This document shows positions 39,436-51,879 of a DNA stretch of 64,000 nucleotides, in pieces. The notes under the pieces were generated by a model. That model was not told the DNA's origin. It worked only from the letters and a program-made list of their open reading frames with translations, and did no database searches. Each line of letters starts with the position of its first letter. Position 1 is the first letter of the stretch. The translations under genes and the position numbers were made by a program. Source of the stretch: Antedon mediterranea (Eukaryota; Animalia; Echinodermata); NCBI RefSeq assembly GCF_964355755.1, contig NC_092675.1:14728912-14792911 (forward strand). The letters run 5' to 3'.

Positions 39436-41354
39436 CTAAATCCTTTGGTCTTGCCATTCAATGGATCCTTCTTTTGATGAAAAGTATGTGGTTAATATTT
39501 CTCTCTGTTGCTTGGCAGCAGATGTAAAATTTTTGTGCCTATCAAGTTGAACAGGCACCATGGATGGTTGCTGTCGCCACTGTCCTTCAACAACATTGTG
39601 CGCCCCATTTTCCAGGTCAACAAAACCTGGTGGATTGTAGGCACTATTGCTTCTTAGCAAAGCAGCACATGCCAACACTAACGGTTGAAGGTGTTCCGGC
39701 AGTATTTTGATCGTCGTCAAGAATACACCAAATCTATTTGCAAAGATCCCAAAAGCATTCTCACAGAAACCCTCCTAGCTCTTGACAGACGATAATTGAA
39801 TACTCTTTGTTGTTTTGTTAAATGCCTTAGAGGATGTGGCTTCATAATGTCCTCCCGCAATGGGAATGCATCGTCTGCTACTATCATATATGGAATTACT
39901 GTCGTATTTGTTCCAGGCAATGGACTCGGGGTTGGTACTCCAATTGCTTTGTTCTTAAGGCCCTTATCCAACGAGCATTTTGAAAACACCCCACCGTCGG
40001 ATACACGTCCATTCGTACCGAAGTCGACATATAAAAATTTATATGATGAATCTACAAGGGCCATCAGTACCAGGCTGAATGAATTTTTGTAATTAAAATA
40101 TTCCGAGCCTGAATTGGGTGGTGGCCGAATACTGACATGTTTTCCATCTAGTGCACCCAAACAATTGGGAAAATTCCATTTCATTTGGAACTCTTTTGCG
40201 ATTCCCATCTATTCTTCAGATGTTGATGGCGTCTATAAATATGAATACTGTATAAAAATATGATAAACGTTCTAATAAAAAATAATAATAATACATCATA
40301 CCTAACTGACTGATCATTGCTTTTTTTTTTACAGTTGTCAGATTTAGGATTAGAGGCAGATCACGATGATGATGTATCCAACATGAGCGAAGAAAATGAT
40401 GTTAAGACAAAAAAAAGTTCAACAAAACCAACAAAAAGAGAGAGAGACAATGAAGAATTGAATTTGATTCGTAATCTTACAACACTATTAGAATCTCCTT
40501 CAAACGTAAGCGAAGAAACAGATGCCGATTTACTTTTTGGTCAGTATGTTAGAACTTAAACAAATACAAAATAAAAAAACTAAAGCAGTTCTGATGAACA
40601 AAATCCAAAATGATATTTTTGAAGTAAAGATAAAAGATCTAGATTAGCTTCAAATAATATATATAATATCAAAATGTACTGTCTAGCAAGTCAAATCCTC
40701 ACTCATTTTTCCATTTACACTACAGTTTCCTAGTGGATAACAAATTAAATGTATAGCCTAGAGTACACAGTAATTTACCTGCATGTATTGTTCTTTCAAC
40801 ACAGAGTATATTGCATTATATGTGTCTGGTACAATTTCACCAATTGTTGTGGCCCCAACTCTGTATTGGTACGACAGACTTTTGTATGTTTCACCTGAAA
40901 TTAACAATTTGTTTGACAAATGAATGGTTATTTGCAACTACAGGTGATCAGGTTGTTAGTATACTTGAAAAACCTGAGAAAGGATAAGGGATAGAATAAA
41001 TTTGGGTTTTTGATGATTTGAACATGTTTACTCACCAGTTGCAATAAAACGAAGCGTAATCGCTAATCTTTCTCCTGAAGAAATACTCTGGCGCCAGTTG
41101 GTGTTTTGCTTCTTTATAATAGGCTTGACCAAACTCAGGAGGTTGTCAAATGTGCCAGTATCCATCCTTAAAAAATTTCTGTAGGATTCCTGGTCCTGGA
41201 GCCGCAGTTCTTGAATCAAATTTCCATATGCTCCTTGTTGCTGTCTTTTGAGGATCCACGGCTTACACCATATTCTGCTGCTTCGTCTTCGCCGCCTTTT
41301 TTTTAAAAGCAACAGCAGTAAAGCAGCACATGATTTGCGTTTATTTGACACCAT
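39436..41354 (-). pseudogene. PIF/Harbinger (HARBI1-like) DDE transposase, 3 exons: 41354-41036, 40894-40779, 40232-39436
   Basis: FLRMD..F..L, ERLAITLRFIATG|ETYKSL, WNFPNCLGALDGKH, YFNYKNSFS, VADDAFPL, FNYRLSRARR..ENAFG. GT-AG introns are in frame. One W>TAG stop and one frameshift. Confidence 0.9.
40334..40647 (+). pseudogene. Last exon of the Harbinger accessory gene (BESS-like C-terminus), inside transposase intron 2 on the opposite strand
   Basis: A poly-T/ACAG acceptor precedes an acidic linker, then DADLLFGQYV..(frameshift)LKQIQNKKTKAVLMNKIQNDIFE. Confidence 0.7.
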
Positions 41355-42339
41355 GATGTAAATACTGTATATTTAAAACAACATTTTTAAGAAATTTCAT
41401 TATTCAGTAAATCTAGGAATTCAGAAAACATATCTCAGTAATTCAATAATTTTTGCTGCCATCAATTTATATTATTTAAAGATATGTATTGATTTTGTCC
41501 CATAAAAACATTATATAACATTAAGTTAATTAAATGGTTACATTTTGTTTCATCAATATAATCTGATGTATTTGTGATTTAATATGTAATAACAATTACA
41601 TGTAGTAAATAAATAAAAGTGTAATATAATTATGTTTAATTTAAATAATTTAGTTATTTGTTTGTTATTTGTATCACTAGTTAATGAGTTGAGTTTTAGG
41701 CTAACATGTCCAAAAAGTGGGTATGGCGCATTGCCACAGTGTGTTAATTTAATGTAAGGTATGAAGACGAAATGGAACCACTTACTTTTTGTACATAATT
41801 TTTTTAATATTAATAATAAAAAAAACAATAAAAAAAAAGTTAGCCTATATGAACACAATTTTGTATTGAATTGTGTTCAATATTATAAATTTAACTTGAA
41901 TTGTATAGATACTCTAAATAAATAAATGCCTAGCTTAGCCTAATTTAGGCCTACATAAAAATTCCAAGGTTATGTATTGGCCTAGTAATTAAAAATGAAA
42001 GCAATTGAACCGATCGACATGTGACTCTACCCTGTATCATATTAGACTTCCTATTCTGCATGTACTACTATGCCTAGATAAAGGATCTGGGTCTAGCCTA
42101 AGTTTCTACTAACTACCTAGCCTAAGTGACCACATATTTAAATACTAAACTAATATGCCTACTAAAAGGCCTGGCTAGGGGCATACATGGGCCTACCAAC
42201 TCTGTACTGACATGGATCCCATATGCCTAGTCTCAATTATTCAATTATTGTTATTGTTATTTTTATTAGGTAAAACAAACGGATTTATCGGTTTATTATT
42301 AATCAATTAAACTTACTGTTACTTCCGTGTTTATAAATC

Positions 42340-42544
42340 ATACGAACGTCCGTACGTACGTACGTACGTCGTGCGTACGCGTTGCATGGTTTGTTGCGTC
42401 TTCTTGAATTCAACAAATCAGAAGCGCAGGCAATATAGTCGCGTCGGGGGTCGTCGGGCTGTCTGAGTTGGCACGATTATCTGTCGGACGGGTCCAGACA
42501 AGACGTCTCGTCGGGCCTCGTCGTACGACGCTGTCTGAGTTGGC
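42340..42544. mobile_element. Terminus of the Harbinger element
   Basis: CpG-rich subterminal repeats. GCTGTCTGAGTTGGC occurs twice, ending GGC|TTA. The partner end was not found. Confidence 0.65.
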
Positions 42545-42547
42545 TTA

Positions 42548-45500
42548 GTTGAAAAAAATAAAATAGCGATGACGATGATCGAGTCGGACACAAATGGTAA
42601 TAGATTAATTGAGTTTAGTAGTAATTCAAACTTATCAATTCTCAACAAAACTATTTTCTGTGAAGGCGAAATCACATGGTGTAGAGGCAAACAACAAAGT
42701 ACCATTGATTATATTTTGTTTTCAAAAAACATGTTTAATGATAATACTATTTCCAAAATGAAGATAGACGAATTAGGACAACTTAGCTTGGGTAGTGACC
42801 ATAATATGTTACTACTTAAATTAAATATAAATAACTCGAAAAACAAAGATAATAGGTGTAGTAAGAAATATATATGGAACATTAAGTTTGATGAAGATTT
42901 TAGTGAATATAATGCCTATTTAGAAAGGGATTTTAAAGAGTGGGATGCAAATAGGTTTGATAATGTTAATGACTTATATAATTCCTGGAAGTCTATTGTA
43001 ATTAAATGCGCAGAAGAAGGCATTGGTAAAAAATGTTTTGGGGGAAAATCTAAACCATGGTTTAATAAAGAAGTTGCAAAATGCAATTGAGAATAGAAAG
43101 AAAGCAACACAAATTCATAGAAATTATGTTAAAAGAAAAGACAAAGATGCTGCAACATGTGACTTCCTTTGGCAGAATTACCAACAAAAGCGGTTGTTTG
43201 CTAAGACTTTGATAAAACAAAAGATATTAGAAATGAGGGTAGATAAATCAATTGTTATTGCAAACAAAGGAGGTAAAAATTGTAAGGAATTCTGGCAAAC
43301 AATTAGAGGGTCAAAGTTTAACAAACAAAGTACTGATTGTTTTAACGTTCCAGGGTCTGAACAAGTTGTTACTAGCGTTGAAGAAAAAGCCGAAACATTA
43401 AGAAACTATTGGGAATCACTAAGTAATTCTAAAATAATACATTCAATAATAATGTATACATGACTGAGAACTGTATACAAAACATTAGAAACAACTTGTT
43501 CAGAGATGATGATGCTACAGATCCTCTATGTGATATTTCTATTGATATTGAAAGTATAAAATATGTATTAAGTATTGCAAAAAATTGTAAATCTCCAGGT
43601 GAAGATAACATTACTAATGAACTTTTAAAAAATGATGGTCATATTATGGTAAAATCTCTGTTAGATTTATTTAATAGAATCATCCTTTTTGAACACCCAC
43701 CAGAAGACTGGAATTTAAGTTTAATTATTCCAATCTTTAAACATGGTGATAAGAGAGATTTGAACAATTATCGTGGAATCTCTCTTACATCTTGTGTATC
43801 AAAATTATTTAATAGAGTACTTGCTATGAATGTATCAAACTATTTGGAAAGTGATAATGCACTGACGGAAGTCCAGGGTGGTTTCAGGAAAGATCATAGG
43901 TGTGAGGACCATATTTTTGTAATCAAAAGTATAACTGCTTTAAGAAAAAAGAGGGAAAAAACACCTATCTAGCTTTCCTGGACTTCCGAAAGGCATTTGA
44001 TTCCGTTTGTAGAGATGGGCTCCTGAAAGCCATATGGAATATAGGAATAAGAGGGCGTCTGTGGAGAATTATTGATAACATGTATGCAAATGTCAAAAGG
44101 AAAGTAAAATTTGGGAATACTGTAACTAATGAATTTTCAATTGAACAAGGAGTTAGACAGGGATGTGTGCTATCTCCTATTCTGTTTTGTATATTTATCA
44201 ATGAGCTCACAAAAATTCTAAAATTAAATGATATAGGAGTTCATATTAATAACATATGGCAAGGAGCCCTTTTCTGGGCAGATGATATTGTGCTATTAGC
44301 TGAAAATGAGCAACAAATGACTCACATGTTACAGCTAACTGCAAAATTTGCCATTGATTGGAAAATGCAATTTAACTCAACTAAATAAAATGTACTTGTT
44401 GTAGGTAAGAAAATAAATAAACAAAAGTTATGGAAATTAGGAGACCAGTCGATAACTGAGTGTGAAACGTATAAATATCTAGGTGTAATGATATCAAGAG
44501 GTGCAAATGACCATAGCCATGTAGAATATATTATACAAAAATGTAATCGACTCATAGGCTATATAAAAGCCATAATTGGTAATTTAAACAATTTTAATAG
44601 AGTATATTATGGTGATATCCTCTGGCGAACAATTGCACTCCCATCAATAAATTATGGTAGTACTATTTGGGTTGGTAGCAAAAGTAATTGTGAAAGAATT
44701 GAAAGACTACAATTACAAATGGCAAGGTTTATCCTTAAGGCCTCTCGGAATACCCCTTGTGCTACTCTTTATGGGGAACTTGGGTGGTCACAAATCTCAC
44801 ATACTCAAAATGTAAATAGAATTAATTATATGGAAAGAATTTTAAAGATGGAAGATAAACGTTGGCCTAGGATATTACTGAAAACACTAGTTAAATTGAC
44901 AGAGAACTTTAATGATCTATCATTTAAAATTCCATTGTGTGTTCGAAATATCATTGATAATTGTGGTACACATGATATTTTTTCTGATATTCAAAATGGT
45001 AATGATAACTTTGATGCCAACTGGGCTTCCAATACAAAAATAAATATGAAAAATCTAGCTCTCTCGCATTGGGTTGAAGACGGTAAATGTAAAACGTCAA
45101 TTGAACATTATATGTAGGCCTATATAAAAAATGAACCAAAACTTGAACAGTATCTACTTGATAAAATTGACTTTGAAGGAGCATCGTTAAAATGTAAGCT
45201 GCGATCAAACACCCTTCTCCTTGAAAGAAAAACATCTAAATGGTCAAATGACCCTAATGCTAATGGTTGTTGTAAATTGTGCAACAGAAATGAAGAAGAA
45301 ACCATTATGCACTTTATAACATGTACCACTCTAGAAGAAGAGAGAAAAAACCAAATTGCTAAATTCCAATAAAAGAACTTTTGGAATGTAATCTTTTTTA
45401 TCTCTTTGACTATTTTCAGAATTTAGATTTATTCAACAAAACCCTTCTTATTCTAGGCAATGACCATGATTTATTTGATAATAATATTAAGTCTTTAATC

Positions 45501-45988
45501 GACAAATTCTGTAAATCATTGGCTAAATCTTTATGGAAGAAACGTTGTGCTCTTTTAAACTTATAACATCAATGCTGTTGTGTTTTGAACTGCTTTTCAA
45601 CTTTTGTGTGTCATTTTGATTTCTGTTGTTTCGTAATCTTTGTCTTTTTATTTTATTTTATTATGCCTTAGTGTTGAGTATTACACACACCGTTATACTC
45701 TTTATTTTGATTCATACCATGAAATTAATTGTATTATTTATTTTGTGTTATCTAAACATTTTTATTTATTTTTATTCCTCTCAAGTTTGTTTTATTTATT
45801 TATTTTGATTTAAAGTATTTAATTATTAGAGTTATGTTTTGTATTTCATTCATTCGTTTTGATTTATTTTTAAGTTAATAATTTGATTTATTCTTGTATG
45901 TTATTATTTGGACGCACCTTTATCATCAAAGTGTGCCACTGTTGTAAAAGTGAAGTTTCCAATAAATTATTATTATTATTATTATTAT
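42548..45988 (+). mobile_element. RTE-X LINE, 5'-truncated ORF2 (endonuclease end, RT, CCHC) with a (TAT)n tail
   Basis: STIDY, LGSDHN, NNYRGISLTS, QGGFR, GVRQGCVLSP, FWADD, CKLCNRNEEETIMHFITC. Frameshifts and stops are present. Confidence 0.9.
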
Positions 45989-46097
45989 TTACACATTTTT
46001 ACGCGATCGTTCATAGTTTCTTGGTTCTCTCGAGTGTTGCTGGAACACGCGGACGTGAAGTGTTGCAAAACAAAGGCCGGCCACGCGCAGCCGGGAC

Positions 46098-47060
46098 GCG
46101 ATTTTTTTTTTCGTACATAAGTTGGGGACCCCCTCATGAAACGTCACAAAATAAACATGAATAATTCATCAGTTAAATTTTCTTGTTCCGTGTGCACCCA
46201 AGCGTATAGCAACAAGAAGTGAACACACAAGTGCGGTACGATTCTAGGCCTATCTCCGCTGTTGTTGCGGCGTGCGATTTCATAGAAGATAGCGGCGTTT
46301 TGTGTGGATTGTCGAAATAATCAGCCTTTAGTTTATGGTGTTTTTAATATAATTTATTACTAAAGAATTACGTGTTAAATTTATAGTTTCTATTTTAATA
46401 CTATTAGGCCTAATTATTAGTCTCTAAACCCATGTGTGTCTATTCTAGTAGTAGCTGTGTGGGGGTGTGTGTGACGTGTGTGTGTTAGGTATGACCAAAG
46501 ATAGTTATCTTTGGTATGACACAATCCGAGTAATAAGTCAGCAAAATTAAACATTACACAAAAATACATTTTTTATTCTCGTGGGTCAAATCTTCCCATC
46601 TCATGTGTTCATATACGGGAATTTTTAAAGTTCCTTTGAGTACATGCATATTGTTTGATAATAAAATAGCAGAAATAAAAAAATACAGTACACAAATTAT
46701 ATACAATTCTTTATTCTTGTGGCTCTAAGCTTTCTTTGGGCTATGTCCAATGAATTACTACTTAGTTTAATCATGGAGGTATAAAAATATATACCTCCAT
46801 GGTTTTGTCTTGCCTAGCTGTCGACTAGCCTCGACTCGACACATTTTGTGTGAAGAAGAGTGCGCGAAGGCAATCACGTGAATTGACTTATAATCCTAGG
46901 CCTACTGTAGAAAGTATCGTATCGCAGTTGTGTAATCACTTCTTGTTGCTATACGCTTGGGTGCACACGGAACAACAAATTTAACTGATGAATTATTCAT
47001 GTTTATTTTGTGACGTTTCATGAGGGGGTCCCCAACTTATGTACGAAAAAGAAAAATCGC
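46098..47060. mobile_element. MULE-like MITE, copy 2 (963 bp), inverted relative to copy 1
   Basis: Same TIRs. 9-bp TSD AGCCGGGAC at 46089-46097 and 47061-47069. Near-identical to the reverse complement of 13424-14375. Confidence 0.92.
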
Positions 47061-47933
47061 AGCCGGGACCGCGTGAAAATTGAAAAAGTTACGGGTTTTG
47101 ATGTTTACCCAGCCTAGGACATACTTTCGTTGATATCTTAATCTAGGCTTACACTAAAGACAAACATTAAATTTAATTGGTTTAATATTATAATTTAATT
47201 TAACTTACACTTGTTTTTTTTAAAGGCCAGGTGCGGGCAAAAGATTTTTATTGATCATACATTCCAATAATTATCGATCTATAGTTTCCCCATGTTTCAT
47301 AATTTTTTGGATTTTATTTGTGTTACAGGAGCTTTTTGAAAATTAGCACTTTCATATCAGTGGGGGGATAGTTCAAATTACACAGTAAAATCTCTATTCT
47401 TTTGTACACAAATTTGAAAATAGAGAGGCATTTTAAAAAGCTATGAAAAATAAACGGTATGGTAAAAAATGTTATCAGATGACTAAATATAGGTAATATA
47501 ACTTGAATTTTACATTTCTGGTATTTTTATTCAACTTCAGAATTTTATTTTCATGCTATAGCAAAAATTATCCACCGTATATCCACCATCTTTTTTTCAC
47601 CTTCTAGGGAGTCACCAGACATGTTATTACATTATGTTAACTACCTAACTACTGAAAAAAAGTCTTCCTGGTTTTTTTGGCAGAATTTTGCCAAATTTTG
47701 TATTTGACCATATTATTTGATTGGTCAGTTTTAACGATCGTAATCGTTAAAGTTGAACCGAGTTCAACTTTAACGATTTAAGATTTTAACGATTTTCAAC
47801 GTTAATTTTTACCCCCTTTTCCTGTTAAAATCGTTGAATATGTCAACTCAACGCAACTCAACGTAACTTAACGTCGATTGGATGCTCATTAACATATCAT
47901 GCATATTTATGAGTTATTAGCAAACCCTAGTTA

Positions 47934-49136
47934 GGCCAAAAAAAAAAATTGTGTTGGCCACGTTTTTGGTAAATCCCAAAAATGGGTAGGTCGGGAGGAA
48001 AAGTTTTTTTTTTTGTTTTTTGTTTTTTTTCCAGACCAAAAGTGTGTTGCCGCCAAAATAATAAATAATTTACACAAATGATACAAAAAGACTTTTTAAA
48101 CACTTTTCATAGCACCATATGCTCACGCTAGCTATAATTGTTTCAACAAAAGTTTAAAAAAGGTTTATTAAATAAACGTAGGCCTAGCTTTTTTAGGCAA
48201 AAAGGCCTAGGCTAGCCCTAGGCTCTAGCTACCATTTCCAACAAAAACAATCAAGGTCGAAATAAACTATTGCCGTGTTAATGCTGCATATACGCAAGCG
48301 GCAAGTTAACATAGCCTATTATATTATTTTAGATGAAAAATATTGAGTTTTATATTGTTTTATCCATACGTAATTACACTGGCATTAAAGATATAACATT
48401 AAAATGTAGGCCGTTATGAGCCATATTTCGGCGATTTCTTATCGCGGGGAAATTCCCCCAACAAGAGACATCGATCGATCGAGGAGTAGGCATAGGCTTA
48501 GAGGTCCGCCGGCTAGAGGCCTAGAGGCTACGTACATGCCGGAACAGATGGATTATCGCTATATAAATAACAAGCTTGAACAAAAGAGCTTACGACAATC
48601 TTAGGTAATTTTTTTATTAAACGTATATAGGCCTACTTGCTTGGCGAATCCATGACTTTTACATCATTTAACAAGTTCGTAATCGGATCGTAGTACTGTA
48701 CAGTAAAACCAAAAATCACCGCATCAACAACCTCGTGCGCGATGTGTACGATCTGTTGTTCAATTCTTTGCGCATGCTGCAGATCAACATTGGTAGAGTC
48801 CATTAATTAAGAGGGCGTTTAAAAATGTGATAACTATTAAAAACCTGTCTCAACCACTGTGTAATCGAGGCGTTTATTTAATTAAAACTTGGATCCCCCC
48901 AAAATTGATAATCGCGTATTCTGGTTATCACGTGCTTGGTTCACGGTTGGTTGCACGCTTCTTTTTAACTCGTTCGGCGGAGGTGAAATATGTTCGCCAA
49001 TTTGGCAAATAAGACAATATTTTTCACCATTTCGTTTCACAATTGCCGTTTGGCTCCAAAAAAAAAAAGCCGACCTTCATTTTCGTCAGTTTAGGGTCGG
49101 CCGGGCGTGGCCAACACAATAATTTTTTTTTTGGCC
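47934..49136. mobile_element. Non-autonomous TIR element with a TTA TSD (PIF/Harbinger-like)
   Basis: TTA|GGCCAAAAAAAAAATTGTGTTGGCCACG ... CGTGGCCAACACAATAATTTTTTTTTTGGCC|TTA. Confidence 0.8.
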
Positions 49137-49333
49137 TTATTTAGGAATTTCTGAGCTGATGAGTTCGAAAAAATGGTCAAATTATTTTGAATTTTTATAA
49201 GCGAAATCAATATTTTTTTCGGATTTGTTTTCGGCGAAAGTGAATAACTTTTTTATAACTACAAAATGGTCTATTCAAAATTTTATTTTTTTCATCTTTA
49301 CTTTTGATGTTTTGGGGGACAATACAACTTTAA

Positions 49334-51590
49334 TTGACCTAAAACTGCTCCAATTCCCAAATTTGAGGCATCAGTTTGTAGTAAGAATTGTTTGTTAAAT
49401 TAGGAGCATACTATACAGGTTTAAGTCAACAAACACTCTTTAAGTTTGTCAAATGCTCATTGACATTGATCCGGCCATACAATAATGTTATTCATACATT
49501 TCTTAGTTAAATCAGTAAGTTGTTGTGCAATAGTAGCATACATAGGAATAAACTTCCTACAGTATAATAAACCCTAAGACCTAAAAATGCACGAACATTC
49601 TTTGGCATAATCAGTACATCCACTAAGTACAGTATCCATCAATCTCTTGAAATGTAGAACTACTGTTCTGCATCCCAAACGGTAATACATTATATACTTA
49701 TTGCCCAAAAGGCGTAATAAACGCTGACTTGTACTTGGTGTCAGTGTCCAAAGGAATCTGATAAAAACCCTTAGTTAAATCAAGTGTCGAAAATGCTAAA
49801 TCTTTACAAAGCACTAATACTACCTGTTGTGACTTACTGTTGTTGTATGTGGGCACCTACTGAAATTTCTCATATGTATAGACTTGAAAGGGTTCAGAGA
49901 AAGGCCACTAGAATAATTATGTACAGAAAGGAAGGAAATTGGAACACTTCATATTTATATAGGTTAAAGACCCTAAATATTTTAAGTATTGAAGATATAT
50001 TTAAAGTGTATAGACTCACATTAGGTTTTAAAATAATGCATGGCCTCTGTCCATCATCCTTTAATGAGTTTGTGAGATCAAGTGAGAGGTGTGAAGGGCG
50101 GTTAATACATTGGAAGGCAAAGACCAATACATTTTTAAATTCATCGTTTGTTATTTTCCCTAGATTATGGGAGCAACTTCCCAATGAAATTAAACAATGT
50201 GCTACAATTTCAGACTTTAAAGCCCAACTCATCAAACATTTGATCTCAAAATATTAAGTTGTAATTGTTTATATTGTTTATTCAATGCAGCTTATTTTTA
50301 ATTGGTGTATCTCATTATAACTTTGTTTTGTTTTATTTTGACTTAATTTGTGCTACTTAGTTTTGTTATTTTTGTATTTTATAAGTAATGATGGAGTAAG
50401 AGCAGTTTTCTGTTTGGGCTCATGCCTATTACTTGCTCCTGGCAAGATGAATTGTAAAATGTACTTTATGAACTTTTGCCGAATAAATATTATTATTATT
50501 ATTATTAAATATACCGAGCCCTAGAAACATCATATAAATGTCGTAAATTCTCGGCATTTCGTGTGGATCAACCTCAGTAACTTTATTCAAGGCTCTGTAA
50601 TCCGTACATAATGTAATATCGCCACCTGGTTTAGATACTACCACAATCGGAGATGCATATGCACTATTTCTATTAATCCTTTATGGCATGAGGAGTATGA
50701 CCTCTGTCGAATGGGAATATCATTAATGGTAACTATAAGACGTTCTCCCAGGTACATCTGAAAACATATCATAATGATTCTTAAGTATGTTGTTCATCTC
50801 ACTTAATTGTCTAGAAGTTAACTCATTCGATTTTTGAAGCTTGTGTTTGTAAATATTTTTGATCCAAGTCTCTATCAATAACGTCAATACTCTCAGAGCT
50901 AATCTCTGTCTTATCATCAGTTTCATTATAAACATCATAGATGTGTACAGTAACACAATGACATTACGTTCTTCTTTGTTCATGGTCCTTATCAAGCTAT
51001 CTATTGCAACTATTAACATGAACCACCTCTTTTAGTTTGACGTTTATCAGGCATTTGTATAAGATAATTTACTTTTAATACCTTATAATTATGCCCCATC
51101 TGGTAAAAATACCAGAACTTCATCATTTACATCAAATTGTCTATCTTTACAATTTCTATCATAAGGCTGTTTCATCTTATCTTGATGTTTAATCATATTA
51201 ACTTTAGCTTTACCCATTCATTCACTAATGCGCTCTCGAATTTCTATAAGATATGTAATGACATCCTTAGCTTCATTATCTACGGTCACCCATTTCTCTC
51301 TAAATAGCCTCAAAGGTTCTCTAATCGTTCTACCATACAACGGCTGGAGTGGAGAGTACCCTGTTGCCTTGCTTGGCACTTCCCTATATTGAGGAATATA
51401 GTCATCCCATGCTTTATACTGTTCCTTTGTGAATGATCTTAACATATTCCTAAGTGTCCCATGGAACCGTTCAATTAAACCATTAGTCTGGGGATGGTAA
51501 GTCCCTCTTTGACATGAAATATAATGGGACAAAATTCATAGACCATACCTTCAAAGTTTAAAGAAAGTCTGTTCCAAATCAAAATCTTGA
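49334..51590 (-). pseudogene. Gmr1-like Gypsy pol relic, with integrase upstream of RT/RNase H
   Basis: Minus-strand order: YHPQTNGLIERFHGTL (INT), FSDVPGRT, LCTDYRALN, LDLTKGFYQI, PFGMQN (RT), LQTDASNLGIGAVL (RNase H). Confidence 0.88.
49791..50506 (+). mobile_element. 3' fragment of a CR1/L2-group LINE inserted in the Gypsy RT
   Basis: LYKALILPVVTYCCCMWAP..LERVQRKATR, RLWEQLP, then AATAAA + (TAT)n. The flanks rejoin as ARYISTLDLT. Confidence 0.85.
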
Positions 51591-51669
51591 TACAGTTCAC
51601 TGCCTGTATAACAATCATTTGCCAACATTAAAATGTCAGTTCACCAGTCCAAAATTTCACCGCTTTCTT

Positions 51670-51795
51670 CCAAAGCACCATACAACGTTCCACCAACACA
51701 ATCAGTTCTGCTTTTCACCGCTTCCTTCCAAATTACGATACAACATTCCGCCAACACAATCAGTTCTGCTTTTCACCGCTTCCTTCCAAGACACA
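51670..51795. repeat. ~57-bp tandem duplication
   Basis: CAACACAATCAGTTCTGCTTTTCACCGCTTCCTTCCAA occurs twice, plus a partial copy. Confidence 0.8.
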
Positions 51796-51879
51796 ATACA
51801 CGTTCAACGAACGATATTGTCACCAAAATAACGCAGTCGTGAAAAGCACAGATGCTCACCTAATTGTGAAATTCTTGTT

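Larger units (their letters stand above)
28212..49329. mobile_element. Kolobok-like element shell inflated to 21 kb by nested insertions
   Basis: TIRs AGATGTATTGTCCCCC / GGGGGACAATACAACT (15/16) plus subterminal similarity. TTAA TSD at 28208-28211 and 49330-49333. The flanks rejoin as Gypsy GAVLGQLNDMDEEHAV. Confidence 0.85.
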
